DNA from: Lytechinus pictus
Taxonomy: Eukaryota
Direction: 5' to 3'
Length of the DNA stretch: 64,000 bases
Assembly: GCF_037042905.1 (NCBI RefSeq)
Contig: NC_087263.1
Span: forward strand, 12,712,001-12,776,000
The notes under the pieces are model-generated. The model did no database searches. It was not told the origin of the DNA and saw nothing but the letters and a program-made list of their open reading frames with translations. This document shows positions 53,375 through 64,000 of the stretch, piece by piece. How positions within the stretch are numbered: the first letter of the stretch is position 1; each line of letters starts with the position of its first letter. Position numbers and translations under genes: made by a program.

Positions 53375-53936
53375 AGATGAATGGATAGATAGATACTTCA
53401 GATGGATGGATAGATAGATAGGCAGATATATAGATGGATGAATAGATAGAACGACAGTTAGTTAGATAGATAGATAGATAGATAGATATATAGATGGATG
53501 AATAGATATATACTTCAGATGGATGGATAGATAGAACGATAGATAGATAGACAGATATATAGATGGATGAATAGATAGATACTTCAGATGGATGGATAGA
53601 TAGAACGATAGATAGATAGACAGATATATAGATGGATGAATAGATAGAACGATAGTTAGTTAGTTAGATAGATAGATAGATACTTCAGATGGATGGATAG
53701 ATAGAACGATAGATATATAGACATATATATAGATGGATGAATAGATAGAACGATAGTTAGATAGACATATATATAGATGGATGAATAGATAGAACGATAG
53801 TTAGTTAGATAGATAGATAGAGAGATAGATAGACATATAGATCTAGATATAGGGAGATAAAAAGATAGAGGAGATATAAAGATAGATAGATGGATTGATA
53901 GATAGATAGTTAGATATGTAGAGAGAGAGAGAGAGA
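53375..53936. repeat. GATA-based compound microsatellite
   Basis: Directly visible, with a higher-order repeat tacttcagatggatggatag. Confidence 0.95.
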
Positions 53937-54178
53937 TTTTCTCCACGTAATACATGTAAAATAGCATAAACCACAACAAATTTCTTGCTCTATAATACGC
54001 TGATTTGTTTTATTTTACCGAATGGCAACGGATTCTTCATATCACGTTCGGCCAAGAAGTAACCTGAATTGTATATTATTACACAGACTTCATTATGGAT
54101 AAATACGATTAAAAACAAGTGGTTGAGCAGTAACTTAGCTTTCATTCTTTCATCGTCACTGATTGTGACTGATATTAA

Positions 54179-54796
54179 AGGGATGCTCCGGGCTAAAAAT
54201 AATACGATTTAAACAGATAAAGAAAAATCAGGCAAACAAAACACTGAAAATTTGATTAAAATCGGACAAGGAATAACAAAGTTATGGCATTTTAAAGATT
54301 TGCATTATTCCGGTGAAACAGTTCTAGGCGCGTCTTCATGAATATTCAGTGAGCAAATTGATGATGTCATATCCCCACTGTTCATATCCCCACTGTTCTT
54401 TTGTATTTCATTATATGAAATTAGGTTTATTCATTTTTTTTTACCAAGAACTGAAAAAAATTGGATTGACAAAAGATTTAATGCATTAGATATCCATTGC
54501 TGCAACTTATTTCATTATGAAGGAGACACAATGTTCACACATGTATGAAAGAATGAAACAATTACGATTTCATTTGATATCATAAGAAAAAGGAAAGTCG
54601 GGATGTAACATCATCAGCCCCCCTAATGAATATTCATGATGATGTGCAAATAACTATTTTCACAAAATATTACTAAACATTATATTTCAATAACTTTGTT
54701 ATTTCTTAACCGATTTTGATGAAGTTTTCAGCATTTTGCTCTGTGAATTTTTCTCAATTTATTTAGATACAAGTATTTTCAGCCCGGAGCATCCCT
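54179..54796. mobile_element. Kolobok-like TTAA MITE
   Basis: TTAA-agggatgctccgggct...agcccggagcatccct-TTAA (perfect 16-bp TIR). Confidence 0.9.
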
Positions 54797-55033
54797 TTAA
54801 GCACTATACACTAACGTCTCTGTTTGCCTCCTTATTTTTAAACTTCAGAGAAATTAACTTTTGTACTATAGGATGGCACACCACTTTTACGTCAATCAGT
54901 CTGCTGCCATCACTCGTTGCAGATTAAAACAACACATGTAAAATTGAAATTAATATATTTTTGATACTCTTTGTTTAATAATAGTTCTATTGTATTTTCT
55001 TGATTTCAATTCTTTTCCAGATGAATAACCGTC

Positions 55034-55121
55034 ATGACGTCACAAAACTATATTTCTGTGTTCATCCACGTATATCTGGGGTTCAGCTTTGTGACGTCAC
55101 AATTTATGCAGCAAGGAGCAG
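55034..55121 (+). CDS. Putative start/signal-peptide exon of the Ig-superfamily gene (exon begins at 55021)
   Basis: Acceptor tcttttccAG ends at 55020; ATG at 55034. Encodes MTSQNYISVFIHVYLGFSFVTSQFMQQGA, which has a hydrophobic core. A weak phase-1 donor (GTAGAT) joins in frame to the Ig exon at 55515. Confidence 0.6.
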
Positions 55122-55514
55122 GTAGATACAAATGGTTAAAAATTGTAAATTTTATATAGTAATTATAACATTGATGATAATGACAGTAATGACGATATTA
55201 GTATGAATTATGATGATAATGATACCAAAATTTTGATAACCATAAGGTTCATAATCATGTTAATCATTATTAAACAATAATAATGACGTTTTCATTAGGC
55301 TGATGATATGGTCAAGAAGAAGAACGAGAAGAACAATGAGAAGAATATGATGAAAAAATGTAGAAAATGAAGAAGAAGAAGAAGGTGATGGTGATGAAGA
55401 AGAAGAAGAAAAAAAATAAGGACGAAGAAGAATATTGGTAAAAGCCCCTTTCATGATTCATGTAATTAGCAACATCAATCCATATTGTATTCATTCTCAT
55501 CGTCCTTATCAAAG

Positions 55515-55808
55515 TGATTGAGGTATCACCGCAGGGTGGGATCGAGGGACCACCGGGGCGGGAGTACGAGATCAAGTGCCGGGCAAGCTGGTATGGAACA
55601 CCGCCCGAGATCGAATGGACGCTCGACGGCCGTCGCATCTTCGACGGCAACAAGTACGTGATCGACATCGAGCAGACGCCCTTGGAAGACGCGACGATCA
55701 GCTCCCTCTTCATCCAGAGCGCATGGCCGCAGGACTCCGGGCGGTATGGCTGCCGGATGCAGGCGCCCGCATTCGGGCTCGCCAGTACCACCTTCAAAGT
55801 CTTTTCAC
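55515..55808 (+). CDS. Ig-superfamily protein, Ig domain 1 exon
   Basis: Phase 1-1 exon (aaAG...GTTAGT). Encodes VIEVSPQ...YEIKC-RASW...IEWTLDG...SSLFIQSAWPQDSGRYGCRM, with the Ig hallmarks: B-strand Cys, C-strand Trp and DxGxYxC. Confidence 0.88.
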
Positions 55809-55951
55809 GTTAGTAGCTCACCCTCATGGTTCTGTCTCACATGCGAAACCGACGCCAAAACGATAGATGATATGCCATTCAACATAACATGATAGCTTTG
55901 ATCGGTCTGGAGTCGGTTTCGTTGGTGTGACTGTAACATTAGACTCTTTAA

Positions 55952-56547
55952 AGGGGAATCCAGCCTTGGCCATAAATGGTTGTGTTGGGAAGGAGAAAAA
56001 TAAATTAAACAGAATGGTGAAAATTTGAAAGAAATCGGACAAGAAATAAGAAAGTTATAGCTGCTTTAAAATTGGGATCACTAATAGTATGTAGATTTCA
56101 AATTGGCAACTGGGTAAGTAAATTATGACAAGGGGCAAGGACAACTTTCCCATAGGCCATGTACTTTATTATCAGGGATTCGTGGTTTTCTCCTAAGTAC
56201 CCATTCCCCTGGGGAAGTAATCTAAATATAACCCAGGTAGTATATTGTTTAATGTCCTCATGAAAGAAAAATATAATTTGAAATAAAACTTTGAGGAAAA
56301 ATGACATTTTAGCCATAATATGTAGTGGAGTACATGGAAGAGTAGTCATTGCCTTACATCACTATGACATCACATATGCGACCAATTTCAAGTCTCCATA
56401 AGTATAGTGATTACCAATATTTACACCTTTGAAAAATTTATAACTTTCTAGTTGTTTGTCCAATATTGTTCAAACTTTCACCTATCAACTTGTATGATTT
56501 TTCTTTTTCTTATAAAAACAAGATTTTTATTTGGGTTGGATTCCCCT
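55952..56547. mobile_element. Kolobok-like TTAA MITE
   Basis: TTAA-aggggaatcca...tggattcccct-TTAA. Confidence 0.88.
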
Positions 56548-56597
56548 TTAAGACAAGCTTTGTTGAAATCCAAACGGTCAATAACTTCAATTCCAAA

Positions 56598-57074
56598 CCC
56601 GGGGGGCCACTTACATTGACGAGTGGATACAATGTGCGACCAAAAAACACGTGAAAAGGATGTTTTTTTCAAGATAGGGCACGTTACCTATGTAACGTAA
56701 TAAGGGTGTCAAAACACTAAAATAATGAAAAAAGGGTATCTTTTCGCTAAAGAAGCCACGTGTTTAGGGTAAAATTTGCAAGGGTATAAAATGACTAAAA
56801 TGTTTTAAAGGATGTACTTTTTGCCCCGTCAACACTACGTGTTTAGAGTCCGATTTGCGGGAGGTGTGGGAGGTGGGGCCGTACTAAACCCAATGATGTA
56901 GGTAACGGTACAACCGACGACCGATGTCCGTGACATAGCTAAAATACCACTGTACTTGTTTAGGGGTTCAATTAAGGGAATGCTTGCCAAGGGTATCGTT
57001 TTGTTTCCAATACTTGTGTAGGGTGCTTTTCGAGACCCCATGGTCGCGCATGGTATCCACTCGTCCACCCCGGG
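56598..57074. mobile_element. CCCGGG-ended MITE with 8-bp TSD
   Basis: TSD ATTCCAAA on both sides; inner inverted repeat gacgagtggatac / gtatccactcgtc. Confidence 0.8.
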
Positions 57075-57204
57075 ATTCCAAAATGAATGAAATTCGACCT
57101 ATTGATATTCCTTTCATTTCCAAATTTCCTTGGATTATTAACAATCATCATGAATAATAAATAAGAAGACTGACAGTTTCAACACAATATGGTATCATCT
57201 TTGG

Positions 57205-57367
57205 CACTGGCGGATCCAGCGGGGGGGGGGGGGGGGGGCACATCCGGCCCGTGCCCCTCCCCCTTTGAGAAGCAAAATTAAAATTTGTAATGTAAAAATG
57301 CCATTAAAACAGAGATGTGCCCCCTCTTTTGAATCTCCCCCTTTGGAAAATCCTGGATCCGCCCCTG
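57205..57367. mobile_element. hAT-like MITE
   Basis: cactggcggatccag...ctggatccgcccctg; 8-bp TSD ATCTTTGG. Confidence 0.85.
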
Positions 57368-57589
57368 ATCTTTGGGCATACACAATGGATATGAATAAAG
57401 AGGAAATAATAGTTTGACTTATTTCATTCCGTCAAATCGATCAACGAATCATTCCCAAATATATTATTTTCTAAAGTGAGCGGAAAAGGGGTATATACTT
57501 TGGTCAAGCGATTTTTAGAAGTATTTTATATGCACAACACTCGGGTGTCCTTTTATTACATTCCAGTATAGTTATCAGTCAATCAAATT

Positions 57590-59460
57590 AATAAATTCAT
57601 TTATTTGACATCCTTTAAACACATACAAACATATGTACAAGTATAATATGATACAACAAAGGAGTAAAATTATTTAACACACAGTATAAGCAATAAGAAA
57701 TGGTAGAAATATAAAGAAATGAAAAGAAAATGCAGCGGATGTAGGAAGTCAGAAAAGCCATTGACCTGTCAAATCCGACTCACTTGATTACTACATTATG
57801 GTACGATTAAAAACACAAATAGAATCGTGGCAAAAAAAAACAGACACGATGATATCGACATCAATCCCCCTTTAGATAGGCAGTTGGAATTTTATCTTAA
57901 CTATAAGTAGACAGTTGGTTTTGTTTCAATCTACGTTTCAATGATGAGAATGTAACAGACAATTTTAAAGTATCGGGTAAATTATTCCACAAGTTTGGTC
58001 TTTTATCATGTTTATAACGAATTGTAGATTTAGAAAGTGTATAACGAAAGAACGGGATACATGATTTGTTTGAATTTCTCGTTACATTATTATTTATACT
58101 GCTATTAAATATAAAATAAGTATTAAAACAAGATGGAAAAGTAGAATTTGAATTGAAATATTTGTACATAAATAAAATAATTTGCGATTCATAGTTCATT
58201 TAGCTTTAAAATTTTGAGCTTAAAAAATAAAATCTGTGTATGAGCTCTAAAAAATGAATTTGTTATTACCCTTACGTTGCACGTTTTTGAATCACATATA
58301 TCCTTTGGAATAAATATGATGCACAGCCACCCCAGATAATCAGACAATAATTCAAATTTGGCAAGATCAAGGTATTATATATATTTACAATGATGCGTAA
58401 TGATATTTTTTTAGGACTCTGCTCAATACTCCAATTACTCTAGAAATCTATTTACAAATGTAATCTATATGATATTTCCATGTCATATTTTCATCAAGAA
58501 TTACTCCTAAATTTTTTTCTGGATTAACCTGCTTTATTGCTTTATTGGCAATTGGTATTCGTATTGCAATGTTATTAATATGTTTATTGTGTGTTTTAAA
58601 AATAAGATAATTTGTTTTTTCGAAATTAATAAAAAGTTTATTGGCAAGAAACCATCGTTGAATTTTGGCTATTTCAGTATTTAATATAAAATTCATATTA
58701 AAAGGATCATTACCAGATAGATATATTGTTGTGTTGTCAGCAAAGAGAATAAATGATAAAATACTGCTAACACTTGGCAAGTCATTTATATACAATAAAA
58801 ATAATAATGGGCCTAGATTAAATCCCTGAGGTACGCCCATTTGTATATTACTATATGCTGATGAATTATTGCCATTGCTCACATATTGCTTACGATTTAA
58901 TAAATAACTTTTCAATAATAACAATGGAGTCCCTCTAATTCCATAAAAATACAATTTATGAAATAAAATAATAAAATCAATACAATCAAACGCTTTTGAT
59001 AGATCTAAAAAACGACTTTTCAAACTGACCAGTCATACACTCTCTAAATGAATTTTCTACGCTATTACTGTTGATGTTTTTTAACTTAGCTTCACACCTA
59101 TTGAAGTGAAATGGTTATTGAACTCATTAACTATTTCCTGATGATCAGTTATTGTACTACCATTTATTTCTAACTCTCTTGCAGTTGTTTTCGTTATATT
59201 TCTGTTTAAAGTCTGGTTTATAACATTCCATGTTCCTTTCATATTACCTTGTAGTTTGGCAAATTTCGTGTGAAAATACTCGCGTTTCTTTTCTCTTATC
59301 AAGTTACTGATATCATTGCGGCACCTTTTATAGGCGTTTTCACATGTATCAGATTTACTCTTCAGGTATTTTCAGTACAAAGCATGTTTTCGTTGATTTA
59401 GGTTTATGATCTCTTTCGTTATCCATGGTTTTCCTTTTGTGTTTACTTTCTTTATCATTC
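57590..59460 (-). mobile_element. 5'-truncated, degenerate CR1/L2-group LINE (reverse transcriptase remnant) in an intron of the Ig gene
   Basis: ORFs contain FLDLSKAFD, GVPQG.NLGPLLFLLYINDL, LFADNT, LGVILD and LWNNLP; frameshifts and an apparent internal deletion near 59020-59080. Confidence 0.9.
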
Positions 59461-59526
59461 GATTAGTCATATTTTGTGATTTCTATTTTCTTTACTATCT
59501 ATATGCCTCTTGTGACTCAACTTCAG

Positions 59527-59633
59527 GACCAATTCTAATGCCGTCACCTCATCAAGTAATTGATCGCGACACCAACCTTACCATACAATGTCCTTCTCGA
59601 GGGAGCTTTGGTGGAAACCTATTTTGGTTTAAG
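59527..59633 (+). CDS. Ig-superfamily protein, N-terminal half of Ig domain 2
   Basis: Acceptor cttcAG, donor GTAAAC; phase 1-0. Encodes (R)PILMPSPHQVIDRDTNLTIQCPSRGSFGGNLFWFK (LTIQC and WFK Ig motifs; N-L-T sequon). Confidence 0.82.
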
Positions 59634-61417
59634 GTAAACCCAATTCATTTCTGAATTATGTGGTAATATCACTTTCAAGCAACTTAAACCAAATATAATA
59701 AATGATGTGTTTTTCAAGTTGTTTTTTTAAACAGGCTTAATCGCTTAGTTAATATATTGCTTGAATATTTGTGAAGACTGTTTTATGTAATTGTTGATTC
59801 TTGTCAGACAAAGCACCTTGTTTTCCTCTATTTTGACAATCATTTAATTTTTAATACACACACACAAACACATATACACGCACCTCATACAATCACTCCC
59901 ACACCCACCCACCAACCAAACCCAATCGTTACAAAACAAACACGTCCCGCAGCTAACAAGACACAAACACACCCACAGGCTTAAACAACGTGCTTGAAAT
60001 TAAAGCAGCGTTTTTAGGTTTGACAGCAGCTATATCGTATGAGGTGTGAGTCCTTATCACTTAATTTAAATCGCACAATGACAATTCATTGATGAAAAAC
60101 ATCTATCTTTCTTTTTCAAATAGGGTGGAATAAGAATGACAGAATGACCCATTTGACTTCTGGTAGAGGGATGAAAAAGCTCAATCAGCTTAAGACGTGT
60201 ATAATGCAAATAAGAAATGGAGGGGTATTTCCTATTTTACGCAAATTAAACAATTGATAGAAGACTCTCCATTAATATATTTGATGCAGTTTGGAAATCA
60301 AAGAAAAGTTCAAATTAGCCACGATTTTCTGAGCTTTATTTTGTATAATCTCACAGACAAAGGTGACAAGTCGTACCTTGCAACTAAGATTTATCAAAAT
60401 CACATCAATGTTAGCCTCTGCCTTATCGTCATTGTGACGTCAACTATGCGTCTTTAATTTTCTAAATTTAAAGTTACAATCAGATCTTTATCCTGAGGGG
60501 GAAAAACACATAAAAGATGGTAAAGAGGTCATATATCAACATGATCAAAGGTAATCAGTATTTGTGCATGCGTCATGGCAAAAATTGCATTTTTACTCTT
60601 ATTGCTATCCAAGAAAGGTATACTGTCCAGCTTATTTCAACTTATTAATCATGTTGATGACGGAAAGAACACCAACTAGAGAAAGAAATTTTCCCTGGAA
60701 ATCATCTTCATGTAGGCTTGCACTGAATAGGGAAGACACAACATTCATTTTCTATCATGACAGATAATAATTTTATGCTACCCAAATTTCCAAACGCTTA
60801 AAAATGGAGTATGCGAAAACGTTAGTTACATTTCCTATTTCCATAGAAAGGATTATTTCATTTGTATATAATGTAGATTAGTATGGGGGCATTGGTCGTC
60901 AATGCGGGAAATACAAGAAAAGTGATTACGTGGAAAAGGCGTTTGCAAAAGAAGTTCGTGTAAATCATTTCAGACGCGCAACTGGGAGTTTTCACAATAT
61001 TACGAAGATGCTTGCTAGAACGTTGAGAATCTATTGTAATAAGCCATTCCTGACAAAGCAGCCTTTGTCGAAAATAGGTGAATCAAAACAGCAGTGTCTT
61101 GGACGAACGACACATTTGCAATTTTTAGTCAGCTCCTAATCTTAGGATGATCTGCTGTTCCATTTCACAAATTTTCGACAAAGACCTCTGAGCTGTTTAT
61201 TGTAATCTGACGGGCATTTTCAAAAGATTTACTACGTTGTAGAATCCACCCCCGTTGCAATTGCGAAAACTCGCTATTATCGTGTCACGTAAAGGTTATG
61301 CGTGGGGACCCTACATTCTGTACTGCTGGGCATTATGACGTCACAATCGAAATCTGAGGGAGATAGGTGTGTCATACCGTTTGTGTTCGGGTCATTTAGC
61401 TAATGCAGTGATTTATA

Positions 61418-61770
61418 TGTCACAGCCCCACCAATGGAACTGACTCCAAACCGACTGATTGAATGCAATTGAAAATAACGCAATAGTTGCAATCGGTCGT
61501 GAGTCGGTTTCGTTTGTGAGACTGCGACATTACTTCCGTAATACTGCACAAACCAACCATGGATCCTACTATGGACCAACGAAAGCTTTTATGTTTTCTG
61601 CAGTGGATTACCTACCGGTCGGTTGGAGTCGGTTTTCGTAGCTGTCATGCCGGATCTTCGGACATTGTCACACCGGCGAAACCGACTCCAGACCGACCAC
61701 ATATATTACGTTATTACCAATGTTATGCAATCGGTCGGTTTGGAATATGTTTTGTTAGTATGACTATAGC
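61418..61770. mobile_element. Cluster of three ~100-bp palindromic MITEs (related copies at ~55836-55932 and ~51950-52000)
   Basis: gaaaccgactcc...ggagtcggtttc inverted repeats. Confidence 0.65.
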
Positions 61771-62544
61771 GTTTTGGAGGAGGTGGGGTTAGTCTGCAGG
61801 CACATGTAGACCCTGATTGAAACTTTGATCAGCAAGTGTGTCTCCACGCAAAGACTAGCACATACAAAACTTGCTGTTTCAATTCGAGAGGGCCTTCAGT
61901 ACACAAGACACGAGTAGGCTGCACATTTAGACCCTTAACTGGAGTGAAGGGTTTGCACAGCAGACTAAGGTGGGATTGCGGTGGGGGCTAAAGTAATATC
62001 CACAATATTGGAATTCAATTTTAGAATGAAGCTGTAGGTTTAAGATATGTTTTTATTCTGCCCCATGGAATTCGCAGTGATAGCAATACTATCTAAGGTT
62101 CATTTTAATTTGAACGTAACCTTGGAATTATCGCATGCAAACACTACACCAGACGAAATATTAGAAGCACATAGACCAAGTGAAGTGTTAACTCTATTGT
62201 ATGAGTTCAACGCCTCTTGGTATTTGTTATATCGATACGATATGGTGTTATATCAACACCTATAATTACGCTCCTCTCATCACGGACTGGTGTTAAGTGT
62301 AACAACGTAGTGTTAACAATGTGGGGCTAAATCTATCATGTTTGTGTGGTTCGAGTAGCTGTGGGTGTAAATTTTATTATTTTTGTTTATTTATTCATAT
62401 TTATATCCAGTGCCATTGTAAAAGTTTGATCTGTTTCTTTTGGAACCCAGTTTATATTGTTGGAGATTTCTCTTGTATTTTTAAAAAAGTTTTATTTCAA
62501 GGAGCATTAAAACAATTTCACATCCACGTCGTAAGCGTCGCGAC

Positions 62545-62700
62545 GCGCCGTGGTGTAGTTAGTGATTCTGATATCTTGTAATCAGATGGTCGTGCATTCG
62601 AATCCCCTGCGGCGCGAATGGTCTATATTAAGGCGCCTCTCACTTCGCAATCATTCATCCAGGTGTTAGATTAGCCGACTGGTAACCGGTATACGTTGCG
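62545..62700 (+). mobile_element. Degenerate tRNA-derived SINE
   Basis: gtggtgtagttag...ttcgaatccc...catccaggtgt. Confidence 0.55.
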
Positions 62701-63440
62701 AAAGCCGATGTAGTTACCAAATGGACCTTCATTTTTTATTTCTCGGGACCAAAGTTACTTTAATTTTGTAATGAACTTCCCTCTTTTTGCTTGTCAAATT
62801 TACATCAGCGACCCCTTGAAAAAAATCGTTCCCAATTACAAATTTGCCTACTAAAAATATACAGTACAAATGTTGGACCGTGCAATATAAATTGTTGTCC
62901 ACATGAAACACTTCAGTGTGAGGGGCGAAAATTTTTAACGCCACGTGACGCGCTTTGACTATTCGCGTTGCTTAACACAAATAATTTTATTTCATAATCT
63001 TGACAATAGACTATAAGTTCAAAACTATGGAATGAAATTCCAAATGATATAAAAAACAGTTCTACTTTATCAAGATTTAGATCTTTATGCAGGAAAATGT
63101 TATTTTTCGTTTATTGATCGAATGCATGTAATCTCACATCTTACATTAGTGCTCCCCCCCTTTACCTCATTCTTTTTTTCTTTTTTTTTTGCTGCAGGAG
63201 TGTTTCTTTTAATTTTGATCTAGGATTTTTACTCTTTAATTTTGTCATTTGTAATGTATTAATGTATCGTGGTGACCCCTTTTATAAGCATCGCTTCTCC
63301 GGGGTCTCCGAACCATCTATTTTTTTTTCTGATACTTTGTTAATACTGTATATTGTACTGTTTTTATCCTTTTGATGGTTGAATAAATAATTGAATTGAA
63401 TTGAATTGAATTGATGAAACAATCTCATGTTGTTCTTCAG

Positions 63441-63636
63441 GATAACATAGTGATCGGTGGTCAAGCTGGGATGTACGATGTGAACAGAGACAGGATACCA
63501 GACTACTGGGTCTTGGACAACGAAAGGATGATGATCGTAAACGCAAACATCCACAGTGCAGGAGTCTATACCTGTCAGTACCGCTACTTCTTTCGCGGGA
63601 TGCATCAGAATGTTGCGGAGAGGATCAATGTAAACT
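63441..63636 (+). CDS. Ig-superfamily protein, C-terminal half of Ig domain 2; gene continues beyond the window
   Basis: Acceptor ttcttcAG, donor GTACGT; phase 0-1. Encodes DNIVIGG...YWVLDNERMMIVNANIHSAGVYTCQYRYFFRGMHQNVAERINVN (xGVYTC motif), in frame with the previous exon. Confidence 0.85.
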
Positions 63637-64000
63637 GTACGTATTCTACCGCAACGAAAGGAAAACCCCGCTAGGGGCACGAGTGGCGCCAGAGGGGGAG
63701 GGGGGGGGGGTAGTGACCGTATGTTATGGAAGAGGTAGTGTTAGATTGTCTTCACATTGTTAGACGTGTGAAGTTTAAATAAAGTAATACTACTTGCGCA
63801 CGTCACTGCGAAATGCGTCCCGATGCGCGCATGCGTCATTAATAGTGTGAATCAAATATTCAGAAAGTTGAAATTGTAAACATATTGTGATAAACGCACA
63901 CTGTGGACAACGTCGAGGTGTCCACACTGGGCAATTATTGTCTTTACAATATTACAGTTGGGGATTTTAACATTTTTTTATCAAATCCTCATACAGTCCA

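Noticed and set aside
58448..59023. 191-aa reverse transcriptase ORF as a functional or novel RT gene
   Set aside because: It is a truncated, frameshifted LINE remnant whose catalytic motif reads FADN rather than FADD.

Overview
AT-rich, intron- and repeat-dense animal genomic DNA. The repeat families and gene structure suggest a sea urchin or other echinoderm (inference). Two spliced + strand genes were assembled by hand. (1) The last three coding exons of transportin-3 (TNPO3) lie at 2108-2275, 8115-8224 and 17445-17505. (2) The 5' part of an unidentified immunoglobulin-superfamily gene has a putative signal-peptide exon and two Ig domains (55034-63636, continuing past the window). The rest is mostly non-autonomous DNA transposons (Kolobok-like TTAA, Harbinger-like, hAT-like, IS3EU-like, CACT-ended), tRNA-derived SINEs, CR1/L2-type LINE fragments and microsatellites. 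Almost all ORFs in the supplied track are spurious. The most striking unexplained pattern is about 20 copies of TACATGTA in the first 26 kb against about 2 in the remaining 38 kb. Paralogous repeats in the window show three of these arose as TA->TACATGTA insertions, matching Tc1/mariner excision footprints.
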